NCBI GenBank assembly: GCA_963783355.1 | Contig: CAWANF010000001.1 | Location: forward strand, 326,776 to 390,775 | DNA: 64,000 bases | From: an uncultured bacterium | GTDB lineage: Bacteria > Bacteroidota > Rhodothermia > Balneolales > DATFMH01 | Direction: 5' to 3' | In this document: positions 8,907 to 17,606 of the stretch, piece by piece | Numbering within the stretch: the first letter of the stretch is position 1 | Layout: every line of letters begins with the position of its first letter | The notes under the pieces: model-generated | The model's database searches: none | What the model saw: only the letters and a program-made list of their open reading frames with translations | Told to the model about the DNA's origin: nothing | Position numbers and translations under genes: made by a program

Positions 8907-10685
8907 ATGGCAAAAGTAGATACTAGACGACATATTGGTGATATCCTGGTGCAGAGAGGAATCATTTCTGATGAGCAACTTTCCCAGGCACTGAGTATTC
9001 AGGATAAAAGTGTCGATAATTCACCGCGTAGGCTTGGCCAGATATTAAGTACCAAAGTAGGTATCGACCGGCATCTTGTTATAAAAGCAATAGCTGAAAT
9101 TTATGCTTTCAGAGAAATTAATCTCGAGGCCCAGGATTTTAATAAAGATCATCTCAAGAATATCAAAAACCTGATTAATCGCCTGCCTAAAGATGTTGTC
9201 GAAGAATTAATGTTGCACGATGCCCTGCCATATTCTACCAGTAATGACCGTATTATCATTGCTACATCCGACCCTACCGATCCCGTTATCCCTAATCTTG
9301 CCGAGAAATTAAACTTTAAACATTACGAATTGGCCTATTGCAGGGCTGAGAATCTCAGTAAGCTGATCAACCTGGTTTATGAACAGAAAAATGAATTCCT
9401 GGAACTGTTAGATGAAATAAATATTGATCAGTCCGGCATCATTCCCGATGACGATGATGAGATTGATGAAGATGAAATTGATGCTGAAATCAATCAAAGT
9501 ATGCTAAATTCCCTTGTTGAGGGAATGTTGATTGAGGCCGTTCATCAGGGAGCCAGTGATATTCATATCATTCCACAGGATCCGACAACAAGTGTCATTC
9601 ATTTCCGGATAGATGGAAAGCTAAAAGTCTGGCACATGGTAGAGCATGTAAAACCGGAAGCCTTGACGGCTGTGATCAAAGATAAATCTCGTAATGTAGA
9701 CCGGTTTGAGCGTGAAAGCTCACAAGACGGTTTTATTCAACGAAAAATAGACTCAATAAATATCCGCTATCGTGTATCAATCATGCCTATTGTGGGGCAA
9801 GAGTTCGATCGTAAGTTTGAATCTATTGTTATTCGGGTTCTGGATGACAGAAAAGTTATTAGTGATTTAAACAAACTTGGCTTGCAAAAAAAGGCGAAAG
9901 ATGACTTCGTTAAGGCGATTAATAAACCATCCGGAATCGTAATCATTACCGGCCCGACCGGTAGTGGTAAATCAACGACACTGGTTGCTGCTCTTTATTC
10001 TGTAATTGATCCGACTAAAAATGTTCTCACGGTCGAGGAACCGGTAGAATATCTCATTAAGGGAGCCAGACAATTAAAGATCAGTAACCATATGACATTT
10101 GATCAGTCCATGCGTGGTATTCTTCGTCACGACCCGGATATTGTTCTTGTTGGTGAGATTCGTGATTTAAAAACAGCTGAAATTGCTATTAAACTGGCAA
10201 ACACGGGCCACCTGACCTTCTCGACTTTGCACACGAATGATGCGCCAAGCGTAATTTCTCGTCTTTATAAGATGGGAGTTGAGCCATTCCTGATAGCAAA
10301 TGCCGTTAATTTGGTTATGGCCCAACGCCTGGTAAGAAAATTATGTGATCATTGCAAAGAAGAAGTAACTGATTTGGAACCAGAATATGCCAAAGGCCTT
10401 GGTTTTAATGATGAAGAAATAAAGAATACGAAATTTTATAAACCGGTCGGTTGTGAACATTGTCACGGTGGTTACAAAGGCCGGGTAGCAATTATGGAGG
10501 CACTCTATTTCTCAAAAAACATTAAGAAAATGATTTTGACCTCCGGCAGCGACATTGATGAAGAAATGATTCGCGATCAGGCCATTCAGGAAGGGATGCT
10601 TACATTACGGGCTTCCGGACGGGAACGGATTAAGGAAGGCCTGACAACAATGGAAGAAATTGCTGCAATTACAGTAGGAGAATAA
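8907..10685 (+). CDS. pilB: Type IV pilus assembly ATPase PilB (GspE family)
   Basis: Walker A GPTGSGKSTTL, Asp box DPDIVLVGEIRD, His box GHLTFSTLHTND, tetracysteine Zn motif CDHC...CEHC. The N-terminus is a T2SSE_N-like domain (GDILVQRGIISDEQLSQAL). Confidence 0.9.
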   Translation: MAKVDTRRHIGDILVQRGIISDEQLSQALSIQDKSVDNSPRRLGQILSTKVGIDRHLVIKAIAEIYAFREINLEAQDFNKDHLKNIKNLINRLPKDVVEELMLHDALPYSTSNDRIIIATSDPTDPVIPNLAEKLNFKHYELAYCRAENLSKLINLVYEQKNEFLELLDEINIDQSGIIPDDDDEIDEDEIDAEINQSMLNSLVEGMLIEAVHQGASDIHIIPQDPTTSVIHFRIDGKLKVWHMVEHVKPEALTAVIKDKSRNVDRFERESSQDGFIQRKIDSINIRYRVSIMPIVGQEFDRKFESIVIRVLDDRKVISDLNKLGLQKKAKDDFVKAINKPSGIVIITGPTGSGKSTTLVAALYSVIDPTKNVLTVEEPVEYLIKGARQLKISNHMTFDQSMRGILRHDPDIVLVGEIRDLKTAEIAIKLANTGHLTFSTLHTNDAPSVISRLYKMGVEPFLIANAVNLVMAQRLVRKLCDHCKEEVTDLEPEYAKGLGFNDEEIKNTKFYKPVGCEHCHGGYKGRVAIMEALYFSKNIKKMILTSGSDIDEEMIRDQAIQEGMLTLRASGRERIKEGLTTMEEIAAITVGE

Positions 10686-10688
10686 TAA

Positions 10689-11072
10689 ATGGAACGTGCT
10701 GATTTAATTATGGTTATTGGGGCAATGATGATATTTTCGGTATTGTTACTGAACGTTAATAGATTTACAGTCCATAACGAAAAAATTAATACCGATATTG
10801 AGATTCAATATACAGCTCTGTCTATAGCACAGAATTTAATTGATGAAGCACGATGGAAATCGTTTAGTTCACTAAGTGATTACAATAACGTGAGTACTGT
10901 CGACTCTACCAAAGTGGGTGTATACCAGGTTGATTCAACGGTTAATTATGTAACACCTGATGATACCGAAGTAAATTCGGGAAGTGCTACTAACTACAAA
11001 CGGTTATCTGTAACAGTAAGTAGTAAATTAATGGCTCATCCGGTAACACTGAGCTATGTTAAAAGTAAGTAA
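10689..11072 (+). CDS. Small pilin-like (minor pilin-like) protein, non-canonical N-terminus
   Basis: 127 aa. MERADLIMVIGAMMIFSVLLLNV forms an N-terminal hydrophobic helix followed by a small globular part. Stop codons lie immediately upstream in frame (10683-10688). The gene follows pilB, where minor pilins usually sit. Confidence 0.4.
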   Translation: MERADLIMVIGAMMIFSVLLLNVNRFTVHNEKINTDIEIQYTALSIAQNLIDEARWKSFSSLSDYNNVSTVDSTKVGVYQVDSTVNYVTPDDTEVNSGSATNYKRLSVTVSSKLMAHPVTLSYVKSK

Positions 11073-11108
11073 ATTTCATAAATATTTGGGTTTGGGAGAG
11101 GTGAGTTT

Positions 11109-11663
11109 ATGAATAACACATTGATAGCTAGTTTTTTGGTTGGTGGAATTTTATTGCTGGCTATTTTAAAAGTTAGTAATAGGATGATCGTCAGTTCCGA
11201 TCAAACCACTATAAACCGCGTCATTAAAGAAAATGCTGATGATGTCGGGCAGGTTTTGGATCTGGATTTCAGAAGAATGGGAATGGGTATACAAAGTGGA
11301 GCCATTACCTTTGCTTCAGCTACTAAAATTACTTTTAAAAGTGATACTAGTGGTACCGGAACTCCTGATGTAATTACCTGGTCATTTGACCAGTCACAAG
11401 GAGTTTCTGTAACTCCTAATCCCGATGATCATCCATTATATCGAATTGTTAATGGAGTATCACATCGTGTGGGGATGGCCATTTCATCATTCCAGCTTAC
11501 ATATACTTTGAAGGATGGGACGGTAACCAGTACACCATCAGATTTATCCAACATCCGCCGGGTCGATGTCCAAATGGTCAACGAATCACCGGGTTCAGTA
11601 GGAAATGAATATTTGAAAACGTACTGGCAAAAATTATATATACCTGCAAATATTCAATTTTAA
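11109..11663 (+). CDS. Minor pilin-like protein (PilW-like size and layout), non-canonical N-terminus
   Basis: 184 aa. MNNTLIASFLVGGILLLAILKV looks like a degenerate FTLIE box (NTLIA, with Glu5 replaced by Ala). A GGGAGAGGTGAG Shine-Dalgarno-like motif lies upstream. There is no upstream in-frame start before the stop at 11079-11081. Confidence 0.45.
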   Translation: MNNTLIASFLVGGILLLAILKVSNRMIVSSDQTTINRVIKENADDVGQVLDLDFRRMGMGIQSGAITFASATKITFKSDTSGTGTPDVITWSFDQSQGVSVTPNPDDHPLYRIVNGVSHRVGMAISSFQLTYTLKDGTVTSTPSDLSNIRRVDVQMVNESPGSVGNEYLKTYWQKLYIPANIQF

Positions 11664-11687
11664 AAGTTTCTTTTTATCTGAAATATT

Positions 11688-12935
11688 ATGGGAAAATCTC
11701 TGCTAATAATAGTAAGCGGTTTATTGTTGGTATTCGGAATTCACCAGATATCCGTAAATAACCAACAGAAAGCTATGGCTGTTCGTAATATTAACTATGC
11801 AAAGAATCAACAGGCGAAAGATATAGCAAGCAGTATGGTAGCCATGGCTATAAGCAAGTTGAATTCCGATATAACCTGGAGAACCGGGTTAAGTTACCAA
11901 AATTTTTTGGGTGGAAGCGGATCTTTGACGGTCGAAGATAATTCTACTAATTCATCACTGGGTCCTTTTGATATTTTACTTTATGCAACCGGAATTTATG
12001 ACGGAACCAATTCAAATATCCAGGTTTTGATGAGAAGAACCTCATATTCAAAATTTGCTTATTTCACCAATGTTGAACCAACTATTTATTTTGTAACGGG
12101 CGATACCATTAAAGGCCCGCTACATACAAATGGAACCCTTCATATTTCAGGAAATCCCGTTTTTGAAGGAGAAGTGACTAGTCCGAATAACTGGAGTGGC
12201 ACCGGGAACCCTAAGTTTTTAAAAGGGTATGATTTTAACAGTCCAGCAATTTCTTTACCGAACAGCCTCACAGACCTGACAAATTCGGCATCCAGTGGCG
12301 GACTACAATTTACAACACCTTCCCAAATTATTTTTAACAGTGATGGAACGATTGACGTAAGTCAGCAGATAGTAACAAAAACCCGTACTTGGTATGGATA
12401 TGTTAATGTTTACAGCTGGGGTCCTCCTCAAACATACAATTTATCCAATTATAATGGCATAATATCATCAACAAAAGATATTTATGTCAAAGGAGACGTA
12501 AACGGACAGGTGACTGTTCATTCAAGTGGAAATATCCATATAATCGGAGATCTTACCTATGCTGATAACCCTATAACGAATCCAAATTCTACAGATTTCT
12601 CGGGATTGATCAGTGATAATAATGTCATAGTAGATGATGGTGCAGAAACAGACCACGGAACAAGTGACGTAACCATTGATGCGACGATTATGGCATTGAA
12701 TTCTTTTACTGTTCAGGATTATCAAAGTGGTTCCAGCCGAGGACAATTAAAGATTTATGGTGGTGTAGTACAGAATACCCGTGGTGCCGTCGGAACATTC
12801 AGCTCTTATTATGGAACGACTTATACCGCTTCAGGTTATAGCAAATTATATGAATACGATAATCGTTTGATGAGTCGCTGGCCTCCGGGATATCCGCTCA
12901 TTGATTCTTATTCAATAGTCACATGGAAAGAATAA
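11688..12935 (+). CDS. Large PilX-like pilus-associated protein (paralog of 1..860)
   Basis: 415 aa. The N-terminus MGKSLLIIVSGLLLVFGIHQIS followed by a helical region (NYAKNQQAKDIASSMVAMAISKL) has the layout of a PilX N-terminal domain. The C-terminal ~280 aa are repetitive and beta-rich. The protein ends with YDNRLMSRWPPGYPLIDSYSIVTWKE. Confidence 0.55.
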   Translation: MGKSLLIIVSGLLLVFGIHQISVNNQQKAMAVRNINYAKNQQAKDIASSMVAMAISKLNSDITWRTGLSYQNFLGGSGSLTVEDNSTNSSLGPFDILLYATGIYDGTNSNIQVLMRRTSYSKFAYFTNVEPTIYFVTGDTIKGPLHTNGTLHISGNPVFEGEVTSPNNWSGTGNPKFLKGYDFNSPAISLPNSLTDLTNSASSGGLQFTTPSQIIFNSDGTIDVSQQIVTKTRTWYGYVNVYSWGPPQTYNLSNYNGIISSTKDIYVKGDVNGQVTVHSSGNIHIIGDLTYADNPITNPNSTDFSGLISDNNVIVDDGAETDHGTSDVTIDATIMALNSFTVQDYQSGSSRGQLKIYGGVVQNTRGAVGTFSSYYGTTYTASGYSKLYEYDNRLMSRWPPGYPLIDSYSIVTWKE

Positions 12936-13026
12936 TGAGATAAAAGAAGAGTTTAAATGCAATTTAAATCACCCCCGAATCATAGCTGCATAAATAAGTT
13001 ATGATAATTGTCAGGAGAGTATCATT

Positions 13027-13057
13027 ACGGTTACAACGATATTGTAGCCGTTTTTTT
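13027..13057 (+). terminator. Rho-independent terminator closing the pilus locus
   Basis: 9-bp stem acggttaca (13027-13035) / tgtagccgt (13043-13051) with one G-U pair, followed by a run of 7 T. Confidence 0.6.
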
Positions 13058-13937
13058 ATTGTTTAATGTAAACCATCAAAGAATCCCTTGACATGCTTCC
13101 AAATATGCCAATTCCCCCATCGATATGGTAAATAATTTCATTGATGTAACCGGAAGATAGTTGTTTATTCTCATCACTCGTATTGGAAGAGCGGATAAAA
13201 TCATAAAGATTAGTGTCGATTATATTAGGGATCACCAGGTTTGATCCGTAAAAAGCAATGACGTCCCATGGGAGCCGGAGTTCAATATCATTTCCAGTCT
13301 GGGTAAAAAAAGATCCATTAAGTATGCCAGACTGAACATTGAGGTACCATGCCGGTGTCTTATTGCCGTCTACATCGAGTTGATGTTTATAATATGGAGT
13401 CAACGTTATAGGATTTTGGCTAATAACATTAAATAAATATTTCGAGTTATTACTTCCGGATATTCTTGAAGCCAGGAAACGAATTGGTTCATTTTGGTTA
13501 TACGTTACGGTGTCTTCAGAGACAGAGATAATTTTAAATGCATCCGGAACAGTGGTTTCCGCACTGATGCGGGTATTATTTCCGGGAAAAGTAATATATA
13601 ATTTGTAGGTACGTCCCGGTAAAACTATTGCATTCGTATCCGGCATGTATATCCCGTTATCAGAATATTGATAGCGAAATACCTTCTCGATGCCGGAATC
13701 ATCTTTTAGTAGCTGAACTTCCAAGGTCGCGTCTGAAACGGCTACGTCTCTTTGTACATATTTATCGCCTGGAGCTACAGTGGATGATAATCGAATCCCC
13801 GGAAGGCTATTATCGGCAATAAGGTAGGCCTGAACAACATATTGAGGATGAAAAGTTGAAGTGTTTGCAACAGTACAGGCTGTCAGGAGTATCAACAATA
13901 ATATTTTAATTATGGTTGGTTTCATTCCATTCACCAT
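13056..13937 (-). CDS. DUF4249-like lipoprotein
   Basis: Lipoprotein signal KILLLILLTAC. The gene lies immediately downstream of, and overlapping, a CarboxypepD_reg-type TonB receptor (ATGGTGA start/stop overlap at 13931-13937), the usual partner arrangement for DUF4249. Confidence 0.65.
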   Translation of the reverse strand: MVNGMKPTIIKILLLILLTACTVANTSTFHPQYVVQAYLIADNSLPGIRLSSTVAPGDKYVQRDVAVSDATLEVQLLKDDSGIEKVFRYQYSDNGIYMPDTNAIVLPGRTYKLYITFPGNNTRISAETTVPDAFKIISVSEDTVTYNQNEPIRFLASRISGSNNSKYLFNVISQNPITLTPYYKHQLDVDGNKTPAWYLNVQSGILNGSFFTQTGNDIELRLPWDVIAFYGSNLVIPNIIDTNLYDFIRSSNTSDENKQLSSGYINEIIYHIDGGIGIFGSMSRDSLMVYIKQ

Positions 13938-16168
13938 TTTATGGTATAAGAAATAGAGGGTAGTACGGGTAATAATCGAACACTCTCTCTGGTTATTTTG
14001 CTTCCTGTGAAATCATACCGGTAAAACCAGGTATTCCTGTGTGAATAGGCATTTATAACCTGTAACTGCAATTCTGCATGTCCGACCCCTAAAAAATTGC
14101 CCGTATGAGTGAAACCAAGATCAAGACGATGATAATCCGGCATGTATTTATCATTAATATGATTAATGACCAGAATTTGCCGAACTAATGAAGTAAGCGG
14201 AGAATGAACAATCTGTGTCATTCCATCCGGACCGGTGTAGGGCTGTCCACTGGCAAAATTGAATATGGTATTAATTTTCCAATGTCGATTCAGCTGATAA
14301 TCGAAAACAAATCTGAAAGTATTTGTTCTGTTATATTTTGATGGATAATATTCATTATGATTTATCCCGGGGAATTTTCTTTTGGATATGGAATAAGAAT
14401 ATCCAATCATGGTAAAAAAACGTTTTGATTGTTTCTGAATAGTTGCTTCCAAACCATAGGCATAGCCTTTGCCAAATAAAAATAATTGATCATAAGTCAA
14501 TCCTGAGTAATCGGGTATGAGAGGATCGAGTTCAAAAAGGTTTTTCATATCCCTGTAATACGTTTCAAGATCGAAAGTTGATTTGGGAAAAGGCTTCGTT
14601 TTGATCCCAAATAAATATTGTAAGCCCGACATCGGATTAACCCCTTTCGAGGTGGATTGCCAAATATCGAAACCTGTAATCTGATCGTTTTCCGATAAGC
14701 TCAAATATTGATGATAAAAGCCGACTGCTCCCTGAAACTGAAGAAAGGAAGCTGGTTTATATTCGATGATTCCTCTTGGAGAAAATCTTAGAAATTTACC
14801 GGAAGAGTAATAATTAGAACGTACTCCTAATTCGATTTTCCAGTGCTCTGTAGGATACCATGTGTCTTGTAAGTACCCATCAATAAATAAATTAGATATG
14901 TTTGAAGCATAGGATTCCTGCTGAAGATAGTAATCATTTAAAGAGACATCTCGCGTGCCAATTAATCCGCCCAAATCTATTTCATGGTGCAGGTTCGGGA
15001 TTATTTCAATATTGCCTTTAAATGTAAAATCTTTGATATGATTACTGCGTTTTAAATTGGTTCCTGCTTCATAAATACGGGGAACATTATAGTAGTAATT
15101 ACCCGAAGCAATAAAATTAGAGAAGACTTTCTGAGAGAAGATGTGCGTCCATTTTAAACTTCCTGTGTTATTTCCATGCCGCAGGAACATCGTTGACATA
15201 TCTTCAAAAGTATTCTTTACATAATCGGTGTTTGAATAATAAGCCAGTGAAAATTTGTTCAGTTTGTTTGGGGATAGAGTCAATTTTCCATTCAAGTCCC
15301 AGAAATAGACATTCTCAGGTATATTGTGATCGTATTTGTTTAAGGCTTTTAATGCTGGTTCCATAGTTGAACGGCGAAGTGTAATCATCCAGGAACCTTT
15401 TTTTACCGGTCCCTCCAATGCCAGTCTGGAAGAAAGCAATCCAATGCTGAGCGTATTTTCCCGTTCTTTATTATTTCCGTCTTTATAATGGATATCAATG
15501 ACCGAACCTATTCTGTCTCCGAATTTTGCGGGATATCCTCCTTTATATATGCGGACATTTTTTACCGCATCCGGATTAAATGTGGAGAAGAAACCGAAAA
15601 AGTGTGTCGGATTATAAACGGTTGTTCCATCAAGAGTGATCAATGTTTGATCAGGGCTTCCGCCGCGAATATATACTCCGCTGGATAAATCGGAGGATGC
15701 TTGCACACCAGGCAAAAGTTGTAATGCTCTTAGTACATCCGGTTGAACAAAGGGAGTGTCATAAATTAATCTTGTTTCAAGTTGCGATACACCAATATCC
15801 CGTTCTTCTTCCTTTTCACGCTTCGATTTAACTAATATTTGGCCTAACAGGAGGTTTTCCGGGGTTAATTCAATATCCATTCGAAGATGTTGATTACTTT
15901 TTAATACTAACGATATTTCGCGCCTTTTATAACCGATATAGGAGTATACAAAGGTATATTTTCCCGGAGGCAAATCAGTTAAAGTGTAATAACCTGATGT
16001 ATTCGTTGATGTGCCTGTAGGCGTATCCTTTAAAACAATATGGGCCATAATGAGAGTCTCGCCTGAAGTCTGATCTTTTACAAACCCATTTACAGACGCT
16101 GTATGCTGTCCAAAAGATAAACCCGGAATTGCAATAATGATTATAATGAAAATGATTCCCCGATACAT
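13931..16168 (-). CDS. TonB-dependent receptor with an N-terminal carboxypeptidase-regulatory-like domain
   Basis: Signal peptide, then VNGFVKDQTSGETLIMAHIVLKDTPTGTSTNTSGYYTLTDLPPGKYTFVYSYIGYK (CarboxypepD_reg). Plug-like region (LPGVQASSDLSSGVYIRGGSPDQTLITLDG). Long beta-barrel ending in an aromatic residue (SYTIKW). Confidence 0.85.
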   Translation of the reverse strand: MYRGIIFIIIIIAIPGLSFGQHTASVNGFVKDQTSGETLIMAHIVLKDTPTGTSTNTSGYYTLTDLPPGKYTFVYSYIGYKRREISLVLKSNQHLRMDIELTPENLLLGQILVKSKREKEEERDIGVSQLETRLIYDTPFVQPDVLRALQLLPGVQASSDLSSGVYIRGGSPDQTLITLDGTTVYNPTHFFGFFSTFNPDAVKNVRIYKGGYPAKFGDRIGSVIDIHYKDGNNKERENTLSIGLLSSRLALEGPVKKGSWMITLRRSTMEPALKALNKYDHNIPENVYFWDLNGKLTLSPNKLNKFSLAYYSNTDYVKNTFEDMSTMFLRHGNNTGSLKWTHIFSQKVFSNFIASGNYYYNVPRIYEAGTNLKRSNHIKDFTFKGNIEIIPNLHHEIDLGGLIGTRDVSLNDYYLQQESYASNISNLFIDGYLQDTWYPTEHWKIELGVRSNYYSSGKFLRFSPRGIIEYKPASFLQFQGAVGFYHQYLSLSENDQITGFDIWQSTSKGVNPMSGLQYLFGIKTKPFPKSTFDLETYYRDMKNLFELDPLIPDYSGLTYDQLFLFGKGYAYGLEATIQKQSKRFFTMIGYSYSISKRKFPGINHNEYYPSKYNRTNTFRFVFDYQLNRHWKINTIFNFASGQPYTGPDGMTQIVHSPLTSLVRQILVINHINDKYMPDYHRLDLGFTHTGNFLGVGHAELQLQVINAYSHRNTWFYRYDFTGSKITRESVRLLPVLPSISYTIKW

Positions 16169-16394
16169 GACACCCCATTAAATTTAGGGAGTATACCTGC
16201 CATTTCTCTTGACACTGAAAGCTTTTAAAGAATACGTTTATTATGCCGGGCAATAATCGTAACTAATTGATTATCAATAACTCCCATTGTTCATAATTGT
16301 TTTTTTATCGGGTTAAATCAAGTTACAGTTTTCTTAAACTTTTAGTTGAGAGTAGTGTTCCTCACCGAATAAGGTGGAATAATTCTATTGACAA

Positions 16395-17024
16395 TTACCA
16401 GTTTTTGAAATCCCGGAATATATATTCAAAAATAGTCTGGAAATATTGGACTTGTTGTTTATGTTTCATTTTCAGCAATATGTCAAGTAACCTGTATTGT
16501 ATATTGGCCATTTCACCACTCGAAAGCGAAGTAACGATATCGGAAGGATTTGCATTTTGCCAATTTCTGCTTTTCAAGGCTTGAGTGAATATTGGTTGTG
16601 TAACAGGATTGGTGTAAATGGCTGCCATAACCTGCTCTTTACTACTGAGATGTTCAGCAGAGGAGAGTATTTTAAAAAGGGAAATCCAATCTTGAATGTG
16701 GTTGAGAATTGCCGTTTTTTTAACTTCATTCAACGTTATTAGATTCTGTATCAACAGGGATTCAACCTGATCTTTTTGCGACTCATTCATTTGCTCATAT
16801 AAATGCTCCGGAAAGTAACTTATCCACGATTCGTTACCCATAACATCGGTGAAATCCTTTCTTGTTTCCGACAGGGCATAGATAGCAGAATAAACTATTT
16901 GTCCGTTCTGTGCTATCAGGTGATCTAATATCTTCTGCAGATTTGCTGCTTCAGATTGAGCGGATACCCGAAACGAGAAAAGAAATATAAAACCAATGAA
17001 GAAAAGAAGTCGATGTATCTTCAT
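16395..17024 (-). CDS. Hypothetical secreted protein
   Basis: 209-aa ORF with a signal peptide (MKIHRLLFFIGFIFLFSFRVSAQ). I recognise no family. Confidence 0.45.
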   Translation of the reverse strand: MKIHRLLFFIGFIFLFSFRVSAQSEAANLQKILDHLIAQNGQIVYSAIYALSETRKDFTDVMGNESWISYFPEHLYEQMNESQKDQVESLLIQNLITLNEVKKTAILNHIQDWISLFKILSSAEHLSSKEQVMAAIYTNPVTQPIFTQALKSRNWQNANPSDIVTSLSSGEMANIQYRLLDILLKMKHKQQVQYFQTIFEYIFRDFKNW

Positions 17025-17178
17025 GCTAAGTAATGAATTGATTGTATTAAATCGTCTATCAGTAAAAATAAAGAATATTAGATTGGTATGAACAAGTATG
17101 CAAAATTTTTAACCTTCATTTTACTGAACTAAGCAATGAACATACATGATAGGTATTAGCTAATCTGTAGAAATAAAA

Positions 17179-17199
17179 AAGGCTCCAAAACGGAGCCTT
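17179..17199 (-). terminator. Terminator downstream of the DUF2892 gene
   Basis: On the minus strand the sequence reads aaggctcc-gtttt-ggagcctt followed by ttttttatttc. Confidence 0.55.
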
Positions 17200-17216
17200 C
17201 ATCTGATATTTAAGCG

Positions 17217-17417
17217 TCAGCTTTCTGCTTGTTTACCTCTCGTTGATATTCCAAAAGGTAAATACAGCGGACACCATTTCACAGTGGCAGTAAACAAAAG
17301 AATAATTCCAACGGCACCCCACCAATTTTTAAAATATAAACCTAACAAGATGATGACGATACCGAGAATCAGGCGGATAATGCGATCAGCTGAACCTATA
17401 TTCGCTTTCATTTTCAT
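17217..17417 (-). CDS. DUF2892 (YgaP-like) small membrane protein
   Basis: 66 aa. The sequence GSADRIIRLILGIVIILLGLY....WGAVGIILLFTATVKWCPLY is the typical two-helix DUF2892 pattern. Confidence 0.65.
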   Translation of the reverse strand: MKMKANIGSADRIIRLILGIVIILLGLYFKNWWGAVGIILLFTATVKWCPLYLPFGISTRGKQAES

Positions 17418-17543
17418 CTCCTAATTTTCAATAAGGAATGTATTATAATTATATAGTTATGTTTTACAATAAATAATATACAATATATTTATTTCGGAGT
17501 AAAATGTCTTTATTCAAAAATCTTTATTAATTATTGAAATAAG

Positions 17544-17572
17544 AAAGGGATGACGAAGCTCGCCATCCCTTT
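17544..17572 (-). terminator. Probable terminator downstream of the BNR-repeat gene
   Basis: Inverted repeat aaagggatg ... catcccttt (17544-17552 / 17564-17572) with extra internal pairing. It sits 35 nt after the stop at 17607. Confidence 0.4.
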
Positions 17573-17606
17573 AAATTACTAAGATTAAGTAATCAGGTAT
17601 CCGGCA

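Noticed and set aside
8925-9120. Possible c-di-GMP-binding MshEN motif at the PilB N-terminus
   Set aside because: The first repeat reads HIGDILVQRGIISDEQLSQALSIQ. It fits the spacing of RLGxxLLxxGLIxxxxLxxxLxxQ, but the key Arg is replaced by His. The second (RLGQILSTKVGID...) is out of register by one residue. This pattern is a general feature of T2SSE_N domains, which is too weak to claim c-di-GMP control.
16297-16584. 95-aa plus-strand ORF
   Set aside because: It overlaps the 3' end of the better-supported minus-strand secreted-protein gene (16395..17024) and has no motif or ribosome-binding site.
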